A stretch of DNA of 64,000 bases from assembly GCA_965112735.1 (NCBI GenBank), contig OZ218951.1, forward strand, positions 2,294,001 to 2,358,000, in the 5' to 3' direction. The notes beneath the pieces are model-generated. The model saw nothing but the letters and a program-made list of their open reading frames with translations, did no database searches and was not told the origin of the DNA. Positions 45,676-58,547 of this stretch are shown piece by piece. Both the position numbers and the translations under genes were made by a program. Positions within the stretch are counted from its first letter, which is position 1, and each line of letters starts with the position of its first letter. The DNA is from Phaeosaccion multiseriatum (Eukaryota > Protista > Ochrophyta, other classes).

Positions 45676-47137
45676 ATGTATACCAACGGTGCTTTTGAGT
45701 CCTCAGTTGTTCGGCAGGCGGCTGGGGCGGATGCGAGGAGCTCGAGTGCTGTTGTAGTAGGCGGGCCGTGTCGTCTGGTGTTCATCGACGCATACGACAA
45801 ACGCAGAAGAGCCTTCTTGGTGCTCGCGCTGCCGCTCATCGTGCTTCTCTGTTGGGAGACCGTGACTGCGACCCTGTGGTGGGGACGCCAGGGTACTAGT
45901 ACTAGCGGCAGCAGCAGTGGCAGTGGCAGTGGAGGTGGTGGAGACTGCAACGCCGATGCGATCGCCAGGGCAGGAGCGGGCGAGGCATTCTCGGCTCTGG
46001 CTCACGCTCGCGCCATCGTGTGCGCCTATTTGTGCCATGCGCTGGCTTGCTGCGCAGGGCTGTTCACCTCATCCTCGACTTTCGGGATCAGCGTCTTGCC
46101 CCGTCCCTCCAGACTGGCGTCCCTCTTTCTCGGCTACGCGGTGGCGGGTGCAGGGCTCGGCTACACGCTCTACTGCTTTCTACTGTACAAAGGGCTCCTC
46201 TCGCAGTTTGCAGCAGGACGAGAAGGAGGAAGTCCTAGTAACATTTTAGCACAAACCGAGGCCCTGTGGTACCTCTTGGTGGGAGGGATGGTGTGCAGTG
46301 TGCTCTCCGCGCACTCGCTGGTAAAGCGCAAACTGTATGAGATGCAGTCCCAGACAATCAACATGGGGCTGTGGCCGCGCTTTCGGCAGCGTGTGCCCCT
46401 GAGCTTCACCTCGGGCGCCATTCTGGGCTGCAGGCTTACGCTGTGCCTGCTGACGCTCAAGCTGCTGTGTCCAACGCAGCTGTGGCCCCTGCATGTCCTG
46501 ATAGAACGACAGATGGCGGCGTCTGCGAACAACAACAACGCTGGTGCGGAGGAAGGTGGTTCCGGGTGGGTGAGTGGTCAAACCCCAGATACAGACAACA
46601 GCAGCGGCAGCAGCGGCAGCAGCGGCAGCAGCAGTGGCGGCGGGGACGACGGGCTGGACTGGGGCCCCGGGCTGGGAGGGATTCGGACGGCCTATCTTCT
46701 CATCCTAGTGGGCGTCCTGACACACGGTATCTACGACCTCGCCCTCCGCACGCTGCAGCTGATCCTCACGCAGCCTCTGAGCTTCGAGAAGCTACGGCTC
46801 TCCCTGGTGGAGCGGCAGGGCCAGGCTTACCAGCAGGCCGAGAAACTCTATGAGCAGCAGTGGCGGCAGTACCAGTATCAGCAGCAACGATCGCAGCGGA
46901 GGGGGAGCGCTGGGGCTGGAGGCGTCATGTTTTCCTCCTCCTCTTCCTCTGGCCAGGCCGCTCCATCTCGCCCCACCGTGCCGCGCTGCCCCCCGACTGG
47001 AGGGCTGCTGCTCGCCGGGTTGCGCATCGGCCAGGAGGACATCGTGCGACAGGCCTATGGTGGCAACACCAGGATGACGACTCGTCAGAGTAAGTCAGTC
47101 TTTGACTTGTCCACTTCCCACCCCTTTTGTCGTCGCT

Positions 47138-47168
<31 letters not shown>

Positions 47169-48350
47169 TTGCTCCTCGGTTGCTGCTAGTGCTGCTACTG
47201 TTGTTGTTGTTGTTGTGGTGGTGGTGGTGGTTGTTTTTTGTACATGGATAAATCTGTCGTTGTCCGTCTTGTGTTGTTCGCGTTTTTTTTGCTCACTTCG
47301 CCGTCGCCGTTTGACTCCCTTCGATTATGTCATGGAATGGGATGAGCTGAACACCCACTTCATCTCCTCCCCCTCATGTGTGTGCCGCACATACACACGA
47401 GCAGATGGAACGCGTCGCCAAGAGGGCAGCGACTGGCGCAGCTTGGTGGGTTTCCAGCACGACATCCTGCAGGAGGTGGCGAGCCGCTGCAAGTCTCCCA
47501 CGGACGACATTGGTGGAGTGGCACGGACCCTATGTAGACTCCTCACCGGCGGAGGAGGAGGTGGAGCAGCAGGGTCAGCAGTAGGGCCAGCAGTTGGTGA
47601 TACAGCAGCAGCAGCAGCAGCAGAGGGGCTAGCGACGGGGAAGCACAACAGCAGCAGCAGCAGCAGCAGTAGCAGCAGGGGCGCTTCAGGGCTGGAACGT
47701 AGTGTAGGGCGGCAGTTTCGACACATCGGAGCCGTACTGGGCTTTGCCAGCGCCTCCCCCGTGGTGCTGAACGCGTTCGATAGCTTCGAACCCAGCGGTA
47801 GCGGGCGCAGCGGCAGTACCAGCAACGGCAAGGAGGGGGAGGGGGAGGAGGAGGGCCCCATGCCCAGCTGGGCTCTCATGACTCGGGCACTGGCGTTTCA
47901 GGAGCTGGCCTCGCTCCTGCCGTCCAATCCAGTGCTGCACTACGAAATCTCGAGCAGCAGCTCCATCCTCCTCCCCGTGGTGAGCGCCTGCTGCTCCCTG
48001 CTGGACACACTGAGCCTGCAGCTGCAGATCTTTTCCTACGAGAGGGAGCCCTCCATGCTTAGGGAAAGCCTTCTCGGCAGTAGCAGCAGCAGCAGCAGCA
48101 GCAGCAGCAGTGGTGGTGGCGGTAGTGGTGGCAGCGAGGAGGTGCTACTAGCCCAGCTCTTGGTGGAGCGCAGCAAGCAAGAGACGGGTGGGGATGGGGG
48201 TCGGGGTGGGCGCTTCGAGAGACTAAGACAGGAGCACCCGTACATGGGGCAGCGCCTCAGCGGGTCTTGTCTCCAGACCGCGCTGTGGTGTGTGCAAGGC
48301 CTCACAAACCTCCTGGCTGTGCTCCCGAGCAGTGGCGCCGCCGCCGCCGC

Positions 48351-48384
<34 letters not shown>

Positions 48385-48732
48385 ACCGACGATGCTGGTA
48401 CTGCTGGCGACGCGTCTGGGTCTGACCTCAACGATGGCAGCGGCGGGGGGGGTGCGTTGGCGAGCGTAACGGTGGAGAAGTGTGTGCCCTGCGCTCTCAA
48501 CAGCATGGCAGGACTGCTGCTGTCTGCTCAGGCCGTGGGGCCCAGCGTCCGGGGCGGCGCCGGTCTGCAGCACCTTCAGGGCAACCAGCTGCTGCTGCCG
48601 GAGATGCAGGCGCTCACCCTGCTGCTCAGTCAGGGCATACACGTGTTGGCCACTGCGTTTGCCCCCTGCCTCTCGAGCTATGCCTTTCCCCCGGTATATG
48701 CAGACGTCATCAACGAGCATGTCCACCGCTGA
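45676..48732 (+). CDS. NDC1: NDC1-like transmembrane nucleoporin (intron 47090-47404)
   Basis: About 6 N-terminal hydrophobic helices, RALAFQELA, and a C-terminal helical region ending GIHVLATAFAPCLSSY, recalling NDC1 architecture. Identified from memory, not by search. Confidence 0.6.
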
Positions 48733-48989
48733 TGACGGAAGAAAGGAACGAAGAAAGGAGGAAAGAGCGGCTGTAGGTCCGAGGTCCTCCCACTGAAGGC
48801 CCAGCCCCATGTTGGAGCATGGGAGGGGAGGAATCGAGGGAAAACAGAGGGAAGGCCTGTCTCTAAAAACGAATGACAGAAGGTGTGACGTTTAGTATGG
48901 ATTTCAGTGCTCCAAAATACCCAAGGGGGCTTCCACCTGCTGTGTTGTTTCACACCAGCCCCTCATCGCTTTCCACCTCATAATTTATC

Positions 48990-50337
48990 ATGTTTGCTAA
49001 GGTCTTTGTCTTGCTCTCCCTCGCCCTTTTGGGCCTGGTGTCCGGGTTCATGGTCGCGGTGCCTGTGGGGTCGAGAGTAGCGGGAGGGCAGGGCGGCTCG
49101 GGCAGATCGGGATCATCACTGAAGATGGTGAGTTAACACGTACGGACGGAGGAATGGGAGACGAAGGATGGCGTGGGGGGAGCGGGGGGGGGGGGGGGGG
49201 AGGGGGGATGTAGAGTGCGGGCTGAGGCAGCGGCTGAGAATGGCACGGAAGACGCGGCGGAAGGAGGAAAGTTGTGGTGAAGGAACGGCCTGGGAAAAGA
49301 GAGTCACAGAGCTCCGGCCTCATGGAGAGAGACAAGTGGCATGAGAGCCTTTCTGCGAGGGAGGGGGCGTGGGAGGGCCTTACGGCTGCCGCTGTTTGTC
49401 GGGTGTCGCTTGCAGAGTAGCAAGCGTCGCTCTGCCACAATCTCTTTGCATGACTCACCGTTGCTCCACCTCCCGTGCGGTTGACGTGGTCAGTTGGCCT
49501 AAAGAGTTAGCTCACGATGCTATCGATCCAGCAAGTGAATCTGTATGAGCATCGGCTGTCAGCGACCGTCTCTCTATAACGTCGTTGGCTTTTGGGGCGC
49601 CTTTCGACCACTCCTTTTCCCTTGTTCTCTGCACCGCTCACTTCAAAAGCCTTTACCGTGCATGTTTCTTCACACAGGCTCAATGCGTCTTCCCAGGAAA
49701 CAAGAAGACGGACGCAGATAAGGGAACTAGGTTAAACGAGGTTGCCAAGAAGGTGTGTGTGAAGCGCAGGTTGAAGAGGGGGGCGGGGGCGGGGCGGGCA
49801 GTCCAAGCCGCCCGCCGCACTGCTCCTGTGCTCTCCTCGCTGAGCTGATGGATAGATGGACGACTCCCCCCCCTACTCGGAGGTCGTTCATCGGTTGAAT
49901 CCCTCCCGCTTTCCATCACGCTCGTCTCATTTATGTATTCCTACCAACCCGCATGACTCCAACCCACCAAATAGCGTCCTCAGTGTGACTCCACCACCTG
50001 TAGTATCTTTGTAGTCTCTACACAGGAAGCGTCCACTCCACCCCCTCCCCCTTCTTCGCTGAAACTCCGTGACTCCGTGCGTCCACCTCAGTTCCCTTCC
50101 GTTCGTTTTTGTATACCCCACCCGTCCCTCCCTCTCACCGTCCACCCCTTTGTCCGTCCCTCCCTCCCTCCCTCCCTCCTTCCGCCCCTCACACAGGCTG
50201 GCTACAAGCCTCAGTACGGTTGCGAAGAGGGAAAGTGCGGCACCTGCGCACACCGGGTCAACGGAAAGCCCGTCAGACTATGCATCGGCAAGGTACCCGC
50301 GGGCGCAGGGCCCTTCACCTTCGTCCAGGGCAAATAG
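48990..50337 (+). CDS. Small plastid-targeted 2Fe-2S ferredoxin-like protein (exons 48990-49127, 49678-49752, 50197-50337)
   Basis: Signal peptide + Phe-led transit peptide (MFAKVFVLLSLALLGLVSG-F...SSLKM), with GCEEGKCGTC...RLC cluster ligands. Confidence 0.8.
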
Positions 50338-51028
50338 ACAACACCGTACATACATGATCCACACACACACACACACACCGAGAGAGAGAGAGACAGAGAG
50401 AGACTCACAACACATCGCACATCAAGCCCATGGAGCAGTCAATCAGCAAGGTGGAGCGATAGATATATGACGGAATACGCACGCATGGAGGATGCCTGCC
50501 GTCCATCGGCCTCGAGGGAGCTCACTCAGCCTCAGGGGCTAGGGGTGCTGACGTATGTCACTTCTCCGACGGCGAGGGTGGGGCCTCGGAAGAGGAGACT
50601 CGGGGGGGAGGGACGGGGAATTAGAGGGCGGAGAGGGGGGGGGGGGGCGGGACCATCAGATTAGAGTAGACGCCTGTCGAAGTTTCGAATGTACCCCGTC
50701 CACGGCAGGCGCAAACGCAGGAGAGGATTTTGCGCGGTGCTCTCTTCTCTCAGCAAGCAGAGAGGGAAGCGGGGGGAGGGAGAGAAGCGAGCGAGAGAAG
50801 AAGACGGAGGAGGACGAAGAGGGAAAAAGAAAGAGTCCAGAGGGGAAGAAGTGGAGAGGGGCAGTTTTGTGGAACGTCGAGGCAGGCAGTAGTAGTAGTG
50901 GAGTGAGGATCCGGGGGTGAGTGTCGAAGGAGCTCCCTCCGTATATCATGAATGAAGATACAGTAGCCTTAAAAAAAAAAAAAATACAGTGCATCTCTCG
51001 ATGGGTGACACTGGTACGACGGTTACAA

Positions 51029-51076
<48 letters not shown>

Positions 51077-51988
51077 GCTTGAAGAGCGAAGATCCTTCCC
51101 CAGTTCGGTGGTGGTCTTCTGACTTTCCCCTCCTCTCCCGCCCACCGCAGCCCCCTCCTCGAGTGAAGGTGACCCAAGAATGGAGCTTGTTTCCATCTCC
51201 ATTAATCTTTGTTACAGTACCCTCTCTCCATTACAAAGTTGATGTTTCCCTCTCCATGAAGATTACAATACTATGCATCCATTGTGCTCTCTCCTTTCCC
51301 CAATCTCTCCCTGTGATTCTTGATGCTTGTTGGTCGGGGGCAGAGGGAGGGCGGATCAAAGCTCTTCATCATATCCCATTGCATTCGAATCCTTGGGGAC
51401 CATCAGGCCTATACATTCACATATCAAAACACCCCCCCCCCCCCCCCCCACCCCCGCTGCCGCTGCTTCTGCACATCGCTTCTTCTGGCGCGGCTCTGAT
51501 GGCCCTCGCTAAGAGCTACCATTGTCCCTTCCCCCTCTCACTAAAACTTGACGTCACAAGCCATCATCCTTCGCGCTCTCCACAGTCAGGGCACCTCAAA
51601 AACCCCCATCGATTCACCTAACCCCTTCCCTCCCGACCCAAACCCTCGGAAAACCAATCCAAACTAAAGCCTCCCCTCGCTCAGAATCCCATGTGTATGT
51701 ACAACTCACTCACACACCCACTACCAACAACCCTTCAAAAAATATACAGCCACCCTCTCTCCTTCCCCCTCCGACAAGACCCCCCGCCAGAGCCCAATAC
51801 ACACAACAGGGCATGCAGGGGAGACGAGCGGGAGGGGAGACGAAGCGACCATTTGGTCAAAGTGGAGACCCAAGTCACACCGATCCGGCCCACGCAAACA
51901 CAAGAAGCCGCCACAAACAAAGGCGCAACCAACACACGTCCCCAAGTGTCAAGCACACAAACGCCCAAGCTCAAGTGTCAAGCAAGTG

Positions 51989-54900
51989 TCAAGCGAAGAA
52001 TGACTCGGCCTCTTGGTGTGTGCCTCCGTACCCTGTAGCCTTGCTCCTCCCCGGCGAGAGGAGGGTCCTGCGGATGGAGGCGGACATGTCCAAATCCAGC
52101 GCGGTCGTCCAGCTGCTGCCAGTTGTGACTCTGCTGTGCCCATATGACTGCTGCTGCTGCTGCTGCTGCTGACTCCGCTGCTGCCTCTTCCGCTGTGGAC
52201 CATCATCCTCCTCCCCTCCCTGACGTGAGCGGCCTTGGCCCCCTTTGCCTCTGCCTACCACCACCACCACCGTTGCCGCCGCAGACACCGCCACGACCAC
52301 TGCCAAGAGAAGCGCGACGAACCCCGACACGAAGCTTCCTCCTCCCGACCCTCCCCCTCCTCCCCCTCCTCCTCCTCGAGCTCCGGCGGCAAACTCGGAA
52401 GGGGGGTGGTGTACTTGCTGCTCCGACGCCGGGCGCTGAAGCCACAGCTCATCCTCCAGCACGTCCCCCTCCAACACAAAGACCAAGTGCAGCGCAGTGG
52501 CATTGGCCTCCATAAACGTGAGGCCGTAACTGTCGTCCTTGAGGAATCGAACCCACGACGGCCGCTCCGGGTTGAGGTTTCGGCTGAGCTCCATGCCCGC
52601 CATGCCCGCCACAACGTGCACAGGCGCGGCTTCCCCGGCCTGTGCACACTCGCCCTTACCAACGAGTGGACAGGAGCGTTGGTATGAGTGATGATGGCCC
52701 CACATGGCCAGATCCACCCCGTTATCCACCAGCAAAGCCTCGAGGTTGTCGCGCAGGTGTCTACTCACGGGTTGGTCATTCGCACAGTGCGGGTCGTCGG
52801 CAGCTGCATCATCATCATCATCGTCGCATTCGTCCGCCCCCGGACCGATGCTGTCCACATGCATAGGTCGGTGACCGAGGAAGACGAGCCAGGGAGTTGC
52901 CGCCCTGTCCACAGCCGCAAGGTCAAGGGACACGAAGTCGTGCTGAGGGGAACCGGGTCGAGTGTCGTGCTCGGTAGAGATGACGCAGAAGTGAATCACG
53001 CCGTAGTCGAGCGAGTACCAGGGGTCGATGTCCTGCTTCTGTCGCTTCGGCTTGGCCACTTGTTGCATGGGGAAGCGGTGGAAGTAGGGCACACCGCACT
53101 CTCCACCACTGTCCTCACCATGGTAGAAGGTGCCCAGTTGTGAATGTTGATGTACATGTTCAGCGGCAATCTCCCTCTCCAACCTGAGCACCGCCTCTTT
53201 AGTGTCCCCTCCCCCTCTCTCCTCCTTCTCCTCCCGCTGCTGCTGTATGGCCAACTGCTGCTTCTGCTCCAGTCCTTGTCGTGCAGCGTCGACATCTGCA
53301 TACTTGTAGTCAAACTCGTGATTCCCAAGCGCCACCATCCAAGGCACGCGCGATGCCACGGGCTCGATTTGATTCAAAAACTCGTCCCACTTGATGAGCG
53401 TTTCGTTCGTTTCGTTTCGTTTCGTTTCGTTTCGTTCCAGGTAGAGGGAGAGGGGGAAGGGGGGAACTGAGGCACTACAGATGGAAGATGCAGCGGCATA
53501 CCGGGGGCGACGAGCTCGGTAATTCTTGCCATCCCCCCCCCCCCCCCCCTGGAATGGGACAGATGCAACGTAAAAGCCCTCCTAAGCCTCCTTGTAACGT
53601 AAATGCCCCCCTCAGCCTCCCTCCAACGCAACCCCCTTATAATAACAGCGAACACCATACCTGCGAATCATATCCGCGAGCGTAAGAAATGTCGCCAATG
53701 TGCATGACGAGGCCGAACTCGGCCCCCATTTCGCCCTTCCACACCCCCTTTCCCTGCTGCTGCTCCGCCTGCTCCTTCAACAGACGCGTGGTGCGGAGGG
53801 CGGCGGGCTCCATGGGGTGTCCGCTGTTGAGCGAGCCGTCCACTTCACTGGTACCCATGTCCCCAAACACGCTGAGCTTGACGGCAGACAGGGGGGCCGG
53901 AGCTGCGGAGAAGTGACCCTTCCAGTCCAGTGACGATGATGACGACGACGATGATGATGATGAAGGTCCTCCACTGCTGCTTCTGCCACTGCTGCTGCGG
54001 GTGCTGCGGCTAATACTGGTGCTCGTCGTCGTCTTCCCTGCCAGCTGCTGCTGTTGCTCCACAGTGCCGATGGAGTAGCCGTAGCGCTTGCCCGGCTCGA
54101 GACCGTCGAGCACGACCGTGTGCAGCAGCCCTGGCGAGTGGTACCCGATGGTGGTGGCGGGGGCTCCGCAGAGCTCGTCTTTCTCGTAGGTGGAGGAGTA
54201 AACCGCCGTGCTGCTTCTCTTGCTGCTGGATGCACTACGGTGGTCGCCATGAACGGCATTGTTGCCCCCCTCCTCCTCCTCCTCCTCCTCCTCCTCTGCT
54301 TCGTATAACCACCACTCGACCTTGGGTCGGTAGGTGTCGTCAAAGGCTGTAGCCCAAGAGAGACGCATCTCCGACGGGCCGCCCGAGGTGAGGGCCAAAT
54401 GCACGTTGGTCACTTCCATCAGAGGGTCGAACAACACGGCGTCTGGAGAGACCACCACCAGAGATGGGCTGTCCAGCCCCCCCCGGTAGAGGACAAATGC
54501 ATAGCCGGACGGGTCCTTGAGGTTGAGCAGTCGGAAGCGGGTCGTCCCCGCCCCCGTGCTAACGTGGCCGGAGTCGGCGTCCGCGCACGTTTTGAACTTG
54601 ATGGGCGATGTTTGCCTCAGGAGCGTCTGCGGGTCAATAGCATTGCTGCTACTGCTACTGCCACCGCTACCGCTAGGTATGACCTGCTCCACCTCTTGCT
54701 CCACCTCCAGCTTCGATTGCTTCTCCAGCTGCAGTTCATGCTGGTACACCGTCCACTCCTCCAGGATGGAGCCGCCTGGACTGTATGCCGCAATGACATC
54801 GTCCTCAGAGGGGTCTGTAACCCCGCTCCAGCTCACTTCCACCCACTCGCCGGACTTGCTCAGCGTCTGCGGGCTGACATGCAGCTCCACCCCATTGTCC

Positions 54901-55061
54901 TGCCCCCCTTCTCCCTCTCTTCCTCCTCCTCCTCCTGCTGCTGCTCTGACATTCTCCGCCCGGAAAAGTGACAATGGCGCAGGGCCAGTGTGCGCCAAGC
55001 AGCTGCCCTGGAACAGCAGTAAAGGCGCCGCCACAGCCCACAGCGCCAGCAGTGCCCGCAT
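51989..55061 (-). CDS. Purple acid phosphatase (nucleotide pyrophosphatase/phosphodiesterase-like group) with signal peptide and C-terminal TM; intron 53390-53660
   Basis: Metallophosphoesterase motifs GDMG, GDISYA, GNHE, GHRPM and GHHHSYQR, plus DSGGECGVP and N-terminal FN3-like domains. Confidence 0.9.
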
Positions 55062-55203
55062 TGGTTTGAAGAAGATGAAAGAAAGAGCCTCCGTTACGTG
55101 TTCCTTCAACTCCGCCGAGGGAACAACGCACTACCTCCTGCTACTCATGAGCGTAAGCAGTAATGAGCTCTTCCACACGTCCCCTTTCGTCCTCCTCCCA
55201 ACC

Positions 55204-55205
<2 letters not shown>

Positions 55206-55278
<73 letters not shown>

Positions 55279-55279
55279 C
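55206..55279. repeat. (CCCTCA)n hexamer array in the PAP/SSADH divergent intergenic region
   Basis: About 12 perfect units. Similar tracts occur at ~56311-56345 and ~59146-59260 (opposite strand). Confidence 0.9.
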
Positions 55280-55414
55280 CGCCCCTATCCCCCCGCTCTC
55301 TACGCAACTTGGCGACGCGTATCACCAACACAGGTCGAACTAACTAACGTGAAGCTCCCCCCTTAAAAAGTCGCTTAATTTTTTCCACGCCCTTTTCCCT
55401 ACGGAAGCGAACCA

Positions 55415-56311
55415 ATGAGGTTCCTTCCCTCGCGCGTGCTTCACGGAGCGGCGTACGACAGTACCCACCTCTCTCCGCAAAGACTGGGATTCCTCATCCC
55501 ACCCGCTCTCTCGGTCTCAAGTTGCCCTTCCAGCAGGGAGGGGGGAGGGAAGAGGAGGAAAGGAAGAGGTGGGCCTATGGTCCGGTCGTCGGTAACGGCG
55601 GGATTCTCGTCCACAGCAGCAGCTGCGACAGAAGTAGTAGCGAGGCTGAAGAAGCCGGAGCTGCTTCGAGGCCAGGCTCTGATCGGAGGCAAGTGGGTGG
55701 GGTCCTCCAGTGGGTCCTCCTTTGACGTACTCAACCCCGCCACGGAGGAGTTGGTCGGTCAGGTGCCTTGCATGGGGAGAGAAGACGCAGCAGCAGCGGT
55801 CCAGGTGAGCATATTGACATACAGAGATTTGAGTGTGTCCCTTTGCCTTTGGTATCACCCATTCTCCCCCCAATCCTTGCTAAGCTGTAGTCTAACCCTC
55901 CGCCCTGGTGCCCCGTAGGCAGCCTCGGACGCGTGGGAGGCAGGCTGGAAGCGGAGCACCACCAAACAGAGAGAGAACGTCCTCAAAAAGTGGGCAGCGC
56001 TGTGCAAGGAGGTCCGTCAGTCAGTCACTGAGTCACTCAAGTCACCAGAATCTCACTCAACTCACCCACTCACCCTATCAGTTCCCTTCAAGCTATCGCC
56101 TGTCTGCCCTCCTACCCTCCCCCTGTCTCCGCTCCTCACTCAAATCCGTCATCTCAACGCTGTCTGCCTGCCTTGCCTGCCTACCTCCCCCTTGTAACCC
56201 TCAGCACATCGACGACTTGGCCACCATCATGACTCTAGAGAGCGGCAAGCCCTTCGCGGAGTCCAAGGGAGAGGTGGGTGCTCCTCTGTTCCGCCGCTTA
56301 TCTCACCCCAT

Positions 56312-56346
<35 letters not shown>

Positions 56347-56545
56347 GCCCTCGCCCGTTGACGTTGCTACTCCTCCCCTGTTGCTACTTTCTTGCTATCT
56401 CTGGTCCTGTGTGTGTGGTGAAAGGTCTTGTATGGGCTCTCCTTTCTGGAGTTTTACGCAGAGGAGACGAAACGTATCAACGGTATGGTCATCCCCTCAC
56501 CGACTCAAACACAGCGCCTATCGACAATAAAGCAGGTGAACATAT

Positions 56546-56596
<51 letters not shown>

Positions 56597-57562
56597 CGTA
56601 TTGCATTACAAGCCTCTCTACGGCCCCACTCATCTCGTTCATCATGCCTTTAAGTAGCATTAAGTATTTTGACTAAGTAGTCTCATTTAGGACTTGAGTA
56701 GTACTGAGTAAATGACCAAGTACCATAGCACACAAGTTTTTTTGCGGCACAGTGAACAAAAAGCCTTGCGAGAGATAACACGTACCTCCGTACGACACGC
56801 TTCGCAATCTCTCATTAATGGCATCACCAGCGTTCGCTCTTATAACCCCCCTCCCCTCCCCTCCCCTCCCCTCCCCTCTCCCTCCCCCTCCCCTCCCACA
56901 GCCCATCGGAGTCTGCTCTTTGCTGACGCCGTTCAACTTCCCAATGGCCATGATCACTCGCAAGGCTGGCCCTGCCCTGGCAGCGGGATGCACCGCTGTC
57001 ATCAAGCCTGCTGAAGACACGCCTCTCAGTGCCCTCGCTGTGTGCTACTTGGCCGAGAAGGCAGGGGTGCCCAAGGGGGTGCTCAACGTTGTTACCACCA
57101 ACAGGTAGAGATGTATACTTCATGTGCGAACGAGTTACCGGGTTCGAATCGAGTTGAGGGAGGAGGGGGGGGGCTCTCTCCACGCTCTTCTTCTCTATTT
57201 TACTTCTTCTTGTTCTTCTTGAAGTCTTCAAGCGGTATCTCTCATCGTGCTTTCTTCCTCTTCCATACTCTGTTCACCTTGTCACCCCTTCCACCTCCTC
57301 CCCCTTCCCTTGTGTTCTCGGTCTTGTGTCTTGATGCCCCCACCTTACGTGCGGTCTGCTCCAGAGAGGGGGTGAAGGCAGTGGGCGAAGAGCTCTGCAC
57401 CAACCCAGTAGTGAGGAAGGTGGGTGGAGTGAAGCGGCGATTGGCGGTACACAACGGCTCGGAGTCCCTCCACTGCCATCCCCCCCCCCCCTGCTGCCTC
57501 CTCTTCCTTTCCCTCTTCTTGTTCAACACCTCCATCTTTTGTGTGCGTGCGCGTGTGTTTGC

Positions 57563-57613
<51 letters not shown>

Positions 57614-58515
57614 TGTGTAAATGTGTACAGGTATCGTTTACGGGGTCCACGGCAGTTGGCAAGATTCTCCTCCGCCACGCGAGCGGAACCGTCAAGAAGG
57701 TGTCCATGGAGCTGGTAAGTAAGGGGAGGATAGGTGGATGGAGGAGAGGAGGACGAGAAGGAGGAGGAAGGCGGGGCCCTTATTTTCCCCCAGTCAATGC
57801 CGGCCCCCCACCTCTCCCTCTCTCCCATCTCTCTCTCTCTCTCAACGCGTGGACCATGCCTTGCAACGCACTAACGCGTGCCGTGCCGTGCCGTGCCGTG
57901 GCTTCCTGCCCTGTTCTGCCCTGTCTTGTCCATCCACTACCATCCACTGTCATCCCCTGTCCATTCACTGCCATCCTCTATATCGTCCCGTACATCCACT
58001 GCCACCCCCTATCGTGTCCTGCCCGGTCCATCCACTGCCATCCCCTGTCCTGTCCTGCCCCCCTGCCCTGTCCTCCTCTGAAAGGGAGGCAATGCGCCCT
58101 TCATCGTGTTTGGCGACGCTGATGTGGACAAAGCCGTGGAGGGGGCCGTGGCGAGCAAATTTCGCTTCTCTGGACAGGTACGGACGGTTACGATGCTGTC
58201 TGCGTATCTATCAAGTATTGGATGGTGGTTGAGGATAAGGAGGAGGAGGAGGAGGAGGAGGAGGAGGAGGAGGAGGAGGAGGAGGAGGAGGAGGAGGTGT
58301 AAGAAAGAATTGGAGGGGGACAAGGAGGAGGAGGGAATGTACAAGGCGAGCTCTGAGGAAGAGCCTGAGAGATGTCGATGGCAGTGCTTTCTTTAGGTCA
58401 CCTCACTCTCCATCCCATCCCCTCATCCTGTCATTCACCAAATCCGAGGGGCCGCCTTCTTTTTATCTCGCGCTCTCCCTCTTATCGCTCCGCCACCACC
58501 ACCACCACCACCACC

Positions 58516-58547
<32 letters not shown>

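Noticed and set aside
55206-55279. (CCCTCA)n as interstitial telomere
   Set aside because: It differs from canonical CCCTAA and is one of many microsatellite types here, with no other telomeric context.
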